In this document: one piece after another, positions 31,913-43,447 of the stretch
How the letters are laid out: each line of letters begins with the position of its first letter
How positions within the stretch are numbered: the stretch's first letter is position 1
DNA from: an uncultured delta proteobacterium
GTDB taxonomy: Bacteria > Myxococcota_A > Polyangia > Haliangiales > Haliangiaceae
Length of the DNA: 64,000 nucleotides
Assembly (NCBI GenBank): GCA_963848295.1
Contig: CAWKDB010000010.1
Span: forward strand, 3,040,001-3,104,000
Direction: 5' to 3'
Program-made: the position numbers and the translations under genes
The notes under the pieces: model-generated
The model's input: the letters and a program-made list of their open reading frames with translations, nothing else
What the model was told of the DNA's origin: nothing
Databases searched by the model: none

Positions 31913-32081
31913 GCGCGGTGTTGGTACCACGCGGAGGCGCAAGCTGGCAGAAATCTTGCGCTTAGGTCGCAACTGGTATGCAGTTGGATGTAAGGAAGTG
32001 TGACCCCGATTGCTTGACGATCCGGATGGCGTCTCGTAGACTGCCCCGGCTCTCGATCCGCCCGCTCTACAAGGTTTACAG

Positions 32082-32891
32082 GTGCTTAGGTACAAAGAGA
32101 CCGAGGATATCGACGCTCGTTTCACCGAGGTCGAGCGGATCGTCACGGCGTGGCGCGCGCGGATCGTCACCGCGAATCCGGTCGCACGCGCCGAGTTCAA
32201 CAATCGGCTGCGCATCTCGTTGATCCATCACGACGCCGCGCTCGAAGGCGAAGTGCTGAGCTACAGCGAGATCAAGGCGGCGGTCGATCCGAGCATCATC
32301 AGCGATCCGTCCCTGATCCCTTCGTACGAAGAGATCCGCCGGTTCGATGACGCGTGTAACTACGCGGCCGAGCACGCGGCGAACAAGAAGAAGCCGTTCA
32401 AGCTCGAAACGATCCGCGAGATCTATTCGATCCTGTCGCCCGACGAGAAGGCCAAGGGCCTACCGTTCCGCAAAGAGAACCCGCTGCACCGGCTCTACTA
32501 TCACGACATCTCGCCGCCCGAGAAGATCCTCCCGGCGATGCGCAAGCTCGGCGAGTGGCTCGACGATCCCGATGCGAAGCAATCGCACGTGATCGAGAAG
32601 GTCGCGACGCTGCATTCGAAGTTCATGGCGATCTTCCCGTGGGCCAAAGAGAGCGGCCGGACGATCCGGATCGCTTCGAACTTGCTGCTGCAAGAGGGTG
32701 GCTACCCGATCGCGATCGTCCACTCGATCGATCGCCAGCGCTATTACGAGGCGCTGCGCGGTGATCACCTCGGCCTGACCTCGCTGTATCTCGAAGCGGT
32801 GCAGACCACCGCGGAGACCGAGATGCGCGTCTACGACGAAGCGGGCAAAGCCCCGCCGAAGCGCCGCTCGAAGAAGTCCGTCACGGGGTAA
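32082..32891 (+). CDS. Fic-domain protein with degenerate active-site motif
   Basis: HDAALEG, FPWAKESGRTIR in place of HPFxDGNGRxxR, RQRYYEAL. Confidence 0.75.
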   Translation: MLRYKETEDIDARFTEVERIVTAWRARIVTANPVARAEFNNRLRISLIHHDAALEGEVLSYSEIKAAVDPSIISDPSLIPSYEEIRRFDDACNYAAEHAANKKKPFKLETIREIYSILSPDEKAKGLPFRKENPLHRLYYHDISPPEKILPAMRKLGEWLDDPDAKQSHVIEKVATLHSKFMAIFPWAKESGRTIRIASNLLLQEGGYPIAIVHSIDRQRYYEALRGDHLGLTSLYLEAVQTTAETEMRVYDEAGKAPPKRRSKKSVTG

Positions 32892-32902
32892 CCGGTGGCG
32901 TC

Positions 32903-33322
32903 GTGCGCGATCTCGTCGTTTCGCCTCGCCTGACCATCCCAGGTTCCGAGCTCGCGATCGCCTTCTCGCGGTCCGGCGGACCCGGCGGTCAGAACGTCAA
33001 CAAGGTGTCGAGCAAGGTCGACTTGCGCTGGAACCCGACGACGTCCGCCGCGGTGTCCGAGCATGATCGCGGCTGGCTGATCGAGCGCCTGCGCAGCCGG
33101 CTGACCGGCGACGGCACGCTGATCGTGACCTCGACGCTCACGCGCGACCAGATCCAGAACCGCGACGACGCCGAGTCGAAGCTCGTGCTGATCGTACGCA
33201 GCGCGCTCGAGCGACCGAAGCATCGCCGCGAGACCAAGCCGAGCCGCGGCGCGAAACGCCGGCGGGTCGCCGACAAGCGCCATCGCAGCGAGATCAAGCG
33301 CAACCGCCGCGGCGACGACTGA
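32903..33322 (+). CDS. arfB: Alternative ribosome rescue factor ArfB (YaeJ)
   Basis: RSGGPGGQNVNKVSSKV, RDQIQNR, basic C-terminal tail. Confidence 0.95.
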   Translation: MRDLVVSPRLTIPGSELAIAFSRSGGPGGQNVNKVSSKVDLRWNPTTSAAVSEHDRGWLIERLRSRLTGDGTLIVTSTLTRDQIQNRDDAESKLVLIVRSALERPKHRRETKPSRGAKRRRVADKRHRSEIKRNRRGDD

Positions 33323-34946
33323 TCACGGGCAGCTCTGGACCTTGAGCGTGGTCGGCGAGCTCATCGAGATGCCATCGAACACGTGGATCGTGTGCTTGCC
33401 GCAGTTGAGGGCTTTGCTCGTGTTGTGATCGGTCCAGTCCCTGGCGTCGATCGAGAACATGATCTGCGTCGCGCCGTTCGTGCTGTCGACGATGTAGTGC
33501 GGTTGGCCGCCATCGAACATCACGATGTTCTGGGTGCCGAAGAACGCGTTGCCGAAACCGGTCCCGGTGATCGTGATCGGCCCGGTGAAGCCGCTGTCGA
33601 CCGTGGCGGGCGAGATCGACGTGATCATCGGGTTGTCGGTCGTGGTCGTCGCGAAGATCGGCGCGAGCATGTTCGCGGTCTTTGCCATGTCGATCCACGG
33701 TTGCGGCGAGTCGCCGTTGACTGGATCGGTCGCGGGCGCGATGCCCGAGCACGGTCCGCAAGCGTCTTCGACCCAGTCGCCGTCGCTGGTCGGTGGCGGC
33801 GCGAGGGTCAGCGGATTGCACTTTCCCGACGCGACGAGCTGATCGTGCTGCTTGTTGTAGGCGTCTTGCGTCTGCTGGTCGGCGTCGGCGATGTTCTGCC
33901 ACGCCTCGAAGCGGATCCGGCCGATCTCTCGCGTCTGATAGTCGAACTCGATGTGATGCGCGCTGTCGCTGCCATCGTCGTAGTCCACCAGCGTCTCGAG
34001 CGGCGCCGACATCGTGCCGTCGTTCAGCGGGTACGAGTAGTAGGCGAACATCCACGGGTTCGGCGTCTCGTTCGTGAAGTCATCAGGATCCGGACACGTC
34101 GGGCTCGGGTTGTAGACCTTCCAGAACCGCAGGCCGTAGGTCTCGGTGTTGCCGGCATTCTTCGTGAGCGCATCGGTGTCGACGCGAACCTGCGTGTCGA
34201 ACAGGCTGTCGAGCACCGGCACGCCGCCCGAGCAGTTCGAGCCGACGTGATACGTTGGACCGTTCGCGTCGATCGTCGAGTAGCTCGTGATCGTGTCCGC
34301 CGATCGCAGGTAGACGTTCGCCGGCCCATCGCCGATGTCGAGCTCGCCGAGCGTGCCCTTGATCTTCATCGGGAACACACCGACCGCGGAATTGCCGCTG
34401 TCGACCGGGAACTCGTCGAGTAGCTTGTCATCGCCGACCTCGGTCTTGTGATACGGCAGGAATTCGCCGGGGGCGCAGATCGCGATGCGAGACGCACGCG
34501 GCGTTGTTATCGATCGGCGAGACACCGGTGACGACCGCGCCCGACGCGTCGAGACACACGTCCTGCATGAATAAATCGACCACGTCGTCCCAGCTCGATA
34601 GGCACGGATCGGTGCCACCGGTCGCGGGCACCTGGGCGGTGTAGTTGCCGTCGGCATCGAACGCATCGACCGCATAGCTGAACGGCGCGGCGCAGTTGAA
34701 GCCGGTGCTGGTGAAGCCGACGTCGGTCGAGGTCGTGACGAGGGCGCCGTCTTGATAGACATCGTAGCCGGCGGCGCCGGCGACGGCGTCCCAGGCGAGC
34801 GTGACCGTCGTGCGCGTCGTCGTCGCGGAGACGACCGGCGGGGCGAGCGTGCTCGTTCCACCGCCGTCACCGGAGGACATCGCGTCATGCCTCGCGGCGC
34901 ATGCGGCGAGAGACAGGACCGGCCACCACGTACTTCGGTGCTGCAT
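33323..34946 (-). CDS. Lipoprotein with FN3-like domain, unknown core and IPT/TIG-like domain (frameshift in G5 run at 34469-34473)
   Basis: LAAC lipobox, VTLAWDAVAGAAGYDVY...YAVDAFDADGN (FN3), PMITSISP...ITITGTGFG (IPT). Removing one base joins the frames as HRDLRPGEFLPYHK. Confidence 0.7.
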
Positions 34947-35856
34947 GTGGGTCGAGAACCGCATCGGCCTGGCGACGGCTCACACCTTTGGGAGATGAGA
35001 CGAAAGCCGCAACCTGCCGGCGACGGTGATAAGTAGAGTAATGTTTCTTGGCTGCTTCGCTAGGAAACGAGGTCTCGCTGGTGATCGGAACCACTGCCAG
35101 CTCTCGAAGCGAAGTGGGCGGCTCCGATGCCTGTGCAGAACACGGCTTGCGCGGCTCGAAGTTACCGGGGCAGATGGTGCCCGCGCTCGATGAGTACAAC
35201 GTGGTCAAGACCATCGCGACTCGACCATCAGTAACTCGCCGACGATTACGCTAGAATCCAGTCATGCGTACCGCGGCGTGTAGTGCGATCGTTTTCCTGG
35301 AAGTTGCTTGTGGCGGGCACAGCGCCGGAAGCCCAGATGCGCTGCTGCACCCTGACGGCGCGATGGACGCAAGCGGCTCAGGAACGCAGGCCGTTGCGTT
35401 CGCTGCTGCGGAATACTATTCGTGCGCGATCGATGACGCCGGGACGTTGAGCTGCTGGGGCGATAATCAGCTCGGCGAACTGGGCATCGCCACCACCACA
35501 GGCGTGGATATGCCGACGGTCGTAGGACCAACCGGTGTCTGGGCGACCGTCGCCGCCAACGCGGGAGTGACGTGCGCCATCAGAGTTGATGGAACGCTCT
35601 GGTGTTGGGGCGCCAACTACATCGCCCCCCCGTCTCGAGAGTCGTCGCCCGTGCAGATCGGCAGCGACATCGATTGGGCTGCGGTGTCTGTCGGTGGGGA
35701 TCACGCGTGCGCACTTAAGAGCAATCGGAGCGTCTGGTGTTGGGGATACAACTACGACGGTCAGCTCGGTGATGGGACGATGCTGGATTCTCCGACACCT
35801 GTAGTAGTCGAGTCGTCGACCGCACCTAGCGAATGGCAGACGGTAAGCGCGGGAGC

Positions 35857-37033
35857 TAAACAGGATCGCACAGGCTGAGATCCTCGCCTATTGACGAAGG
35901 ATCCCGAGAGGATCATCGTGCGGCGATCGTGGCTCGATCTCAACCAGGCAAGGCAATTCGTCGCTCGCGTCGCCGTGGCACGCAGCTCAAACAGCTCGAC
36001 GATTTTATCGTCGAAGCGCAACTCAAGAACGACCTCGGCGAATGGCGTCGGGGCCGTGCTGTTCGTGCATACATCGATGGACGAAAAGTCACGCACATCG
36101 CGGTCGACTTCGGCATCACACGCGGCTCCGTCAATCGCTGGCTCCAGTGGTACGACGTCGATCACGTTGAGGGGCTTCGGACTTCGATTGCCGAAGGCCC
36201 TGCGCCGAAGCTCACCGACGAGCAACGCGAGGCTCTGGGGATCATCATTGAACTGGGCCCGATGCAGGCAGGCTATCAGTCCGGTGTCTGGACCGGTCCG
36301 ATGATCGGCGACCTGATCGAGGAGCGGTTCGGCGTTCGCTATCACAATCATCACGTGCCGAGGCTCCTGCACCAACTCAAGTTCTCGGTCCAGCGGCCGC
36401 GTAAACGGCTGGCCCGAGCCGATCTTGCGCGGCAGGCCACGTGGCTGCGAGAGACCTTGCCGAAGATTAAAAAAAAGCGCGCCAGTGCCGCGGCGTCGTT
36501 GCCTTCGGCGACGAGGCCAGCTTCTGGCTCGACGGGACGCTCCACCAAACGTGGTCCCGAGTTGGCTGCCAGCCCCGCGTAGACACGTTCGGCATGCGCA
36601 AGACGGCGCACGTCTTCGGCGTCGTTACGCTCGAGCAACGACCACGGTTCCACTACAAGTTTGCGCCCGTCTTCAACGGACTCACGTTCTTCGACTTCCT
36701 CAAGCAGGTCGTTGCTCGAACCCGGCGCAAGATCTTCCTGATCATCGACAACGGTCCCTGCCACAATCTCAAGGAAGACGGAAAGCTGTGGCTAAAGGAG
36801 AACCGCCATCGCATCGAGCTGTTCCGACTGCCGCCCTATTCGCCCGAGTTCAATGCGATTGAAGGTGTCTGGAAAGTGACCAAGAAACGAACCACCCACA
36901 ATCGCTTTTACAAGACCGTCGAAGAGCGCGACACGGCCCTCTGCGCAACCTTCGCGATGTTTCAGGAGGACCCGAAGCTGATCGCGAATCACGTGGCCAG
37001 GTTCCTGTGATCCACAAGCCGTGCGATTCTGTT
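35857..37033 (+). mobile_element. IS630-family insertion sequence
   Basis: Imperfect terminal inverted repeats AACAGGATCGCAC / GTGCGATTCTGTT, TA at the left end, transposase inside. Confidence 0.9.
35929..37010 (+). CDS. IS630 transposase, OrfA/OrfB joined by a -1 frameshift at A8G (36469-36477)
   Basis: OrfA has HTH/winged helix (WTGPMIGDLIEERFGVRY); the -1 frame gives FGDEASF, IIDNGPCH, LPPYSPEFNAIE (DDE triad). Confidence 0.9.
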
Positions 37034-37940
37034 CGATCGGAGTTGGCGTGGCCGGGTACCTCGACGAGTCATTCCGTCGACCAGCAGGTGCCGGTACAGG
37101 TCGACACCGCCAACGGACTGGAGCTCGATCATCGAGTCGAGCGGATTCCACGCGTGGCTGGACATCCATGATAACGGAACGCTCTGGTGTTGGGGCGCCA
37201 ATGATGGAGGGCAACTCGGCGACGGAACGATGACTCCTCAGCCATCGCCCGAGCAGATCGGTGTCCGGACCGATTGGACGAGTATAGCGACAGGGGATGA
37301 GAAGACCTGTGCGGTTCGCACCGATCACACGCTGTGGTGTTGGGGAGTTTCTCTGACGCCGTTGCAAATTGGCACCGCGACCGACTGGGCGAGCGTTGTA
37401 ATGAGCGAATCGACGTGTGCGTTGACGACCGCGGGAGCTCTGTTCTGTTGGAGCGAACCACCGGCTACCGCAGCCCCTGTTCGCGTCGGTACTGCGACAT
37501 GGAAGGCGTTCGCGCTTGGTACATTCCATCAATGCGGCGTCGAGTCCGACGGCTCTCTGTGGTGCTGGGGCAACGACGCGGCCGGTGAGCTGGGGGATGG
37601 ATCGACCGTGGCGCAGGCCGATCCCGAGCAGATCGGTGCGGCCACCGATTGGTCTTCCATCGCGGTGGCTACGGAGTATTCATGCGCGACACGAAGTGAT
37701 GGAACCCTCTGGTGTTGGGGCGGCAACGAGTTCGGAGAGGTCGGCGACGGAACGACGACGAACCGGGCGGTCCCCACGCAGGTCGGCATAAACACGAATT
37801 GGGCGACGGTGTCGGGCGGCGCGGCACCCTGCGCGATGCGTACCGATGGAACGGCATGGTGTTGGGGAGACAACCTGACCGGCACTGTGGGCGACGGCGA
37901 GGCATGGAATGACGTCCCGACGGCGATCGCGCATTAGGGG

Positions 37941-38945
37941 CTACAGCGCCGCGTGCAACACCGTGCCGGCGTCGCCGACGATCCACAGCGCTTGCCCGGG
38001 AATTCCCCACGCGCCGTAGAAGCTGGTGAGCGCGTATTGCGAGTCGAGCGCGATCGCGTGCCACGCGGTGCCGTCCCAGTGCAGCACCGTTCCGGCGGCG
38101 CCGACTGCATAGATGTCATCGGACGCGACGACCCACAGCGCGTCGAGCGCGTAGCTCGTGCCGGTGTCGACCTTCGTCCAGCTCGCGCCGGTGAAGTGCA
38201 TCGCGAGGCCGCCGTCACCGACCGCCCACAGGTCGTTCGCGCTCGCGCCTGCGATCGCGCGCAGCGTGTGGCCATCGCCGATCTCGGTGTCGTTCGCGCC
38301 GTTCAGGTTCTGCACCGCGCCGTTGTCGCCGACGAACGTGTAGTCGGTCGGCGATGCCCCCCATGCCGAGGTGAGGTGAGTCGTCTGCGTCCCGGTCGAA
38401 GTGAACGTCGCGCCGTTCCAGTGGGTGAGCGCTTGCTCGCCGAAGAACCACACGTCGTTCGACGCGGTGCCGAACACGCCCGCGTAGTACAGGCCATCGA
38501 CGCCGGTCGCGTGATCGTTCGGCGTCCAGCTCGCGCCATCCCAGTGGAGCAGCGACCGCTCGTCGCTCTCGGCGAACGCGTCGCCGCCGACGATCCACAC
38601 GTCGTCACTCGCGGTGCCCCACACGCCATAGAGTCCGGTGAACGCGCCCGAGCTGCCGGCATCGGTGAAGGTCGCGCCGTCGGACGAATGCATGATTCGC
38701 CCGTAGCCGCCGCCGTCGTTGTTCGTCGTCACCCAGAGGTCGGTCGAGGATGCGCCCCACACCGCGGTCAACGTCTCCTTGTCGGTCGTCGACAGTGCGG
38801 TGAAGGCGAGCGGCGCCGCAGCATCGCTGCCACTGTCGACTCCTGGCCCGTCGCTTCCCGGCTGCGCGGCATCCGGCGACGCCGAGCGATCGGATGCGTT
38901 GCACGCGACCAGTAATGCGCAGGTAACAAGTGCGAGACGCGACAT
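37941..38945 (-). CDS. Beta-propeller lipoprotein
   Basis: LLVAC lipobox; about seven repeats of L..VWG....DVW.VG..G...HWDG..W. Confidence 0.85.
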   Translation of the reverse strand: MSRLALVTCALLVACNASDRSASPDAAQPGSDGPGVDSGSDAAAPLAFTALSTTDKETLTAVWGASSTDLWVTTNNDGGGYGRIMHSSDGATFTDAGSSGAFTGLYGVWGTASDDVWIVGGDAFAESDERSLLHWDGASWTPNDHATGVDGLYYAGVFGTASNDVWFFGEQALTHWNGATFTSTGTQTTHLTSAWGASPTDYTFVGDNGAVQNLNGANDTEIGDGHTLRAIAGASANDLWAVGDGGLAMHFTGASWTKVDTGTSYALDALWVVASDDIYAVGAAGTVLHWDGTAWHAIALDSQYALTSFYGAWGIPGQALWIVGDAGTVLHAAL

Positions 38946-39059
38946 GCGCGTTCACTTCAGCAACGCGCATGCCGCGGATCGGTTCGCACACTTACGTCAC
39001 CGACGGGGAGTCACGTGACCCCGCGTTCACGCAGCGGCGTGAATGACGCGGACTCGCGC

Positions 39060-40517
39060 CTAGTAGCGGTAGTGATCGGGCTTGAATGGGCCGTCGACCG
39101 GCACGCCGAGGTATTCGGACTGGACCTTCGACAGGGTCGTCAGCTTGACGCCGACCTTCGCGAGGTGGAGGCGCGCGACCTTCTCGTCGAGCTTCTTAGG
39201 CAGGACGTAGACGTGGCCGGCCTCGAACTTCATGCCGGTCATCTCGTCCTTGCCCTTGGTCGCGTTCGTCCACAGCGCGATCTGCGCGATCGTCTGGTTC
39301 GTGAACGAGTTCGACATCACGAACGACGGATGGCCGGTCGCGCAGCCGAGGTTGACGAGGCGACCGCGCGCGAGCAGCGTCAGCCGCTTGCCGTTCGGGA
39401 AGATGAACTGATCGACCTGCGGCTTGATGTTCTCTTCCTTGATCTCTTTGTTGTTCTCGAGCCACGCGACCTGAATCTCGCTGTCGAAGTGGCCGATGTT
39501 CGCGAGGATCGCTTCATCCTTCATGACGCGCATGTGCTCTTCGCGGATGACGTCCATGCAGCCGGTCGCGGTGACGAAGATGTCGGCTTCCTTCGCGGCG
39601 TCTTCCATCGTGACGACCTGGTAGCCTTCCATCGCCGCCTGTAGCGCGCAGATCGGATCGATCTCGGTGATCAGCACGCGAGCTCCGAGGCCGCGAGCCG
39701 ACGCCGCGCAACCCTTGCCGACATCGCCGTAGCCGGCGACGACCACGACCTTGCCCGCGACCATCACGTCGGTCGCGCGCTTGATGCCGTCGAACAGCGA
39801 CTCGCGGCAGCCGTAGAGGTTGTCGAACTTCGACTTCGTGACCGAGTCGTTGACGTTGATGCAAGGGAACAGCAGCGAGCCGGTCTTCGCCATGTCGTAC
39901 AGGCGATGGACGCCGGTCGTGGTCTCTTCCGACACGCCTTTGATCTCGCCCGCGATCGCGGTGAATCGGGTCTTGCTCTTCTTCAGGCTCTCGGTGAGCA
40001 CCGAGTAGATCACGCGCATCTCGTCGTTCGTCGCGGTCTTCGGATCGGGAGCGCTACCCTTCTTCTCGACCTCGGCACCCTTGTGGACGAGCAGCGTCAG
40101 ATCGCCACCGTCGTCGAGGATCAAGTTCGGGCCCTTGCCGCCCTGGAACGCGGTGAGCTGGAGCTCGATGTTCTGCCAGTACTCTTCGAGCGACTCGCCC
40201 TTCCACGCGAACACCGGCACGCCGGCCTTCGCGATCGCGGCGGCAGCTTCATCTTGCGTCGAGTAGATGTTGCACGATGTCCAGGTCACTTCCGCGCCGA
40301 GCGAGACCAGGGTCTCGATCAGCACGGCGGTCTCGATCGTCATGTGGAGGCAGCCGGCGATGCGCGCGCCCTTGAGCGGCGCCTTGCCCTTGAACTCCTC
40401 GCGCAGCGACATCAGGCCGGGCATCTCCTTCTCGGCCATGCGCATCTTCTTGCGGCCGAGCTCGGCGAGGGTGAGATCTTTGATCTTGAAGGCGGGGAAT
40501 TCAGTCCGGTTGTCCAT
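39060..40517 (-). CDS. ahcY: Adenosylhomocysteinase
   Basis: [57 protein letters not shown]-terminal HYRY. Confidence 0.98.
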   Translation of the reverse strand: MDNRTEFPAFKIKDLTLAELGRKKMRMAEKEMPGLMSLREEFKGKAPLKGARIAGCLHMTIETAVLIETLVSLGAEVTWTSCNIYSTQDEAAAAIAKAGVPVFAWKGESLEEYWQNIELQLTAFQGGKGPNLILDDGGDLTLLVHKGAEVEKKGSAPDPKTATNDEMRVIYSVLTESLKKSKTRFTAIAGEIKGVSEETTTGVHRLYDMAKTGSLLFPCINVNDSVTKSKFDNLYGCRESLFDGIKRATDVMVAGKVVVVAGYGDVGKGCAASARGLGARVLITEIDPICALQAAMEGYQVVTMEDAAKEADIFVTATGCMDVIREEHMRVMKDEAILANIGHFDSEIQVAWLENNKEIKEENIKPQVDQFIFPNGKRLTLLARGRLVNLGCATGHPSFVMSNSFTNQTIAQIALWTNATKGKDEMTGMKFEAGHVYVLPKKLDEKVARLHLAKVGVKLTTLSKVQSEYLGVPVDGPFKPDHYRY

Positions 40518-40551
40518 CGTGCTCTCCAGGTGTTGATCGTTACTTGCGAAC

Positions 40552-41520
40552 TCAGGCCGACGCGCGCGCCGGCTTGCGACCGACGGCGAGTTGTAAAGCA
40601 GGGGTGCCCGCGGACGCATTGCCGCCGGCGAACGGTTGTACGACGAGCGGGCGCAGCTGCGCGGCTTCGATCCAGCCGACCAGCTTCTGCGGCTCGAAGC
40701 CGAGCCAGACGTGGCCATGCTCGCGCAGCGATTCGTCGTCGTGCGGCACGTAGTCGATGATCGCGAGGTGACCGCCGTCGCGGAGCAGCCGGGTCGCGGA
40801 GCGGATCGCGTCCTGCGGCCGGCCGACGTGGTGGAGCACGCGCGCCATCACGACGAGATCCGCGCCGCCGCGCTGGCCGATCTCCTCGGCGAGGCCGGGG
40901 TCGTCGTCGCTGCTCTCGCGCAGCCGCACGTTCGGCAAGCCCCACGCGGCGATCCGTTCGGCGCAGCGCGCGAGTCGAGCTGCGCTGCGATCGACGGCGA
41001 CGACTCGGTCGTACAGCGGAGACAACACCGGCAGCAACGAGCCGTCGCCGGTACCGAGATCGATCGCGAGCGCGCGGCCGGGCAACAGCGGCGCGAGCAA
41101 CGGCAACCACGCGAGCAGCGCGGCATCGGCCGGCATCGGCACCGGCTCGCTCGCGGCGGCATGCTCGAACAGGTGGCGCGATAGATCTTCGCGCTGCGCG
41201 ATGACGCGCGGGATCTTCGCGAAGCTGCCGTCCTTGTGGCACAGCGCGCGGCCCTCGGCGATCGCGGCGCCGACGATAGGATCGACGACCGCGTCGGACG
41301 GAGCGTCCACTTTGAGCAGCGTGCGCGTGCCGTCGCGACGCGCAGCGAGCAAGCCGAGCTCGCGCAACGGCTGGGTCTTCTTCGTGATCTGCGGCTGGCT
41401 CTCGCCGAGCAACGTCGCGAGCTCGCCGACCGTGAGCTCTTCCTCTGCGCACAACGCGAGCAAGCGCAAACGATCCTCGTCGCCGAGGACCCGGAACAAA
41501 TCTGCGCGAGCCGACTGCAC
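40552..41520 (-). CDS. sahR: ArsR HTH plus SAM-methyltransferase-fold regulator (SahR-like)
   Basis: [10 protein letters not shown]...[38 protein letters not shown]; immediately upstream of ahcY. Confidence 0.85.
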   Translation of the reverse strand: MQSARADLFRVLGDEDRLRLLALCAEEELTVGELATLLGESQPQITKKTQPLRELGLLAARRDGTRTLLKVDAPSDAVVDPIVGAAIAEGRALCHKDGSFAKIPRVIAQREDLSRHLFEHAAASEPVPMPADAALLAWLPLLAPLLPGRALAIDLGTGDGSLLPVLSPLYDRVVAVDRSAARLARCAERIAAWGLPNVRLRESSDDDPGLAEEIGQRGGADLVVMARVLHHVGRPQDAIRSATRLLRDGGHLAIIDYVPHDDESLREHGHVWLGFEPQKLVGWIEAAQLRPLVVQPFAGGNASAGTPALQLAVGRKPARASA

Positions 41521-41751
41521 GAGTCATTGATATTCCATCATGCGCATATTGGCAAGTGAGCGAAGTAAAACATTTGAATCATAGACATAACTCGGAATCG
41601 ATGCAGGCGGTGCGCGGGCTCCGGATGAGTCGAACAACGATCGCCGGGTATCTAAGGCCAAAGATCGCCTACGCCTATGCTTTCGCTTACGCCTACGATC
41701 TCGGCGGTTTGACTTGATCCATGCAGGCTCCTATCCTCGACGAGAAGGGCG

Positions 41752-43440
41752 ATGTCCACGGGTAACGGCGACAAGCCGCCTACGCCGCCGGGGCGGCCGG
41801 CAGCCGATACCCCGCAGCGCGTCGTCGTGGGGATGGAGACCGGGCACGAAGCCCTCGGTGCGAGCGACACCGCGGTCGCGATGGCGAGCAAGCCCGGCGA
41901 TCGAACGTCGCTGACGGATCTCGGCCACTCGCAGACCGATGCGATCCGGCCGCTCGACAAGAGCATGCTCGAGGGCGACTTGATCGGTACGACGCTGTCG
42001 GGCCGCTACCACATCACGCGCAAGCTCGGCCAGGGCGGGATGGGCGCGGTCTACGAAGCGACCCACACGCTGATCAACAAGAAGGTCGCGGTCAAGGTCC
42101 TGCTCGAGAAGTACGCGAAGCGGCAGGCGATCGTGCAGCGCCTCGAGCAAGAGGCCAAGCTCGCCTCGTCGCTCGACAACGACCACATCATCGACATCAC
42201 CGACTTCGGCACGACCGAAGACGGCCGCACGTTCGTCGTGATGGAGTTCCTCGAAGGCGAATCGCTCGCGGAGTGCCTCGCGCGCGAGACCAGGCTGCCC
42301 GAGCAGCGCATCCTTCGCATCGCGTCGCAGTGCGCGCTGGCGCTGGTCGATGCCCACGCGAAGGGCATCGTTCACCGCGACATCAAGCCCGAGAACCTCT
42401 TCCTCGAGAAGCGCAAGGAGCTCGACTTCGTCAAGGTCGTGGACTTCGGGATCTCGAAGTCGTTGCGCGCGACCGGCGAGGATGAGGAGCAGCCGCGGTT
42501 GACCCAGACCGGCATGGTGCTCGGCACGCCGCTGTACATGTCGCCCGAGCAAGCGCGCGGTGATGAAGAGCTCGATGCGCGCGTCGATCTCTACGCGCTC
42601 GGCGTGATCATGTACGAATGCGCGACCGGGCGCGTGCCGTTCTCGGGCACGAACTACCTGAGCGTGATCTCGCAGGTGCTCAACGAGGATCCGACGCCGG
42701 TGCGCGAGCTGCGGGCCGATCTCAGCGAAGAGTTCGAGGCGATCGTGCTGAAGCTGATGGCGAAGCAGCGCACCGCCCGCTACGCGAACGCGAGCGACGT
42801 CTTGTCCGATCTCACGGCGCTGCTCGACGATCCGACGCACTCGACCGAGCGCGCGAAGATCACCGGACCGCGGCGCAAACCAGTCGCGGCGAAGAGCGCG
42901 TCGAAGATCCTCGCGTGGGTCGCCGGCGTCGCGGTGCTCGTCGCGGTGATCGTCGTCACCGTGATGTTGACGATGGGCCGCTCGAACAAGCCCGGCCCGA
43001 CGGTGACGCCGGCGACGGTGCCGGTCGTCGAGCACGCGATCCCGGCCGATGCCGCGATCCCGACGCTCGCGCCCGATGCCGGGCCGCCGCCGTCGGAGAC
43101 CGTCGTGTACACGATCGAGACCGTGCCGAGCGGCGCGCAGATCTTCAAGGAAGGCATCGAGTACGGCCTGTCACCGCAGAAGGTCGAGCTCGTCAAGAAG
43201 GACAAGGACACCGAGTTCCTCGCGCGCGCGCCCGCCTATAACGATCATCCGTTCAAGCTCAACCCGGCCGAGGACAAGGACCACGCGATTCGGATCCTGC
43301 TCGAGAAGCCAAAGCAAGGCGCTCCGCTGATCCGCACCGACTTGAAGAAGCGAGGTGCCGGTGCGGGCTCGGGCTCCGACCGCGGCGCGACCATCGAGGG
43401 CTCGCCGGGCGATCCATACAAGCGCAAGTCGGGTCCGTGA
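41752..43440 (+). CDS. Membrane Ser/Thr kinase with C-terminal PEGA-like domain
   Basis: LGQGGMGAVY, VAVK, HRDIKPEN, DFG, GTPLYMSPE, one TM segment, IETVPSGAQI. Confidence 0.95.
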   Translation: MSTGNGDKPPTPPGRPAADTPQRVVVGMETGHEALGASDTAVAMASKPGDRTSLTDLGHSQTDAIRPLDKSMLEGDLIGTTLSGRYHITRKLGQGGMGAVYEATHTLINKKVAVKVLLEKYAKRQAIVQRLEQEAKLASSLDNDHIIDITDFGTTEDGRTFVVMEFLEGESLAECLARETRLPEQRILRIASQCALALVDAHAKGIVHRDIKPENLFLEKRKELDFVKVVDFGISKSLRATGEDEEQPRLTQTGMVLGTPLYMSPEQARGDEELDARVDLYALGVIMYECATGRVPFSGTNYLSVISQVLNEDPTPVRELRADLSEEFEAIVLKLMAKQRTARYANASDVLSDLTALLDDPTHSTERAKITGPRRKPVAAKSASKILAWVAGVAVLVAVIVVTVMLTMGRSNKPGPTVTPATVPVVEHAIPADAAIPTLAPDAGPPPSETVVYTIETVPSGAQIFKEGIEYGLSPQKVELVKKDKDTEFLARAPAYNDHPFKLNPAEDKDHAIRILLEKPKQGAPLIRTDLKKRGAGAGSGSDRGATIEGSPGDPYKRKSGP

Positions 43441-43447
43441 TCGCGCC

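Larger units (their letters stand above)
35264..37937 (+). pseudogene. RCC1/BLIP-II-like beta-propeller lipoprotein interrupted by IS630
   Basis: Repeats CAI..DGTLWCWG.N..GQLGDG on both sides of the IS (35264-35856 and ~37110-37937). Confidence 0.85.

Noticed and set aside
34469..34473. Phase-variable G tract in the FN3 gene
   Set aside because: A G5 run is short for phase variation and typical of homopolymer error.
38995..39055. Hairpins downstream of ahcY as a terminator or repeat-family member
   Set aside because: Short stems without a U-tract and only weak similarity to the GGGGAC repeat.
40518..41600. SAH/SAM riboswitch for ahcY
   Set aside because: Only 34 bp separate sahR and ahcY and I saw no riboswitch consensus; a SahR-like protein explains the regulation.
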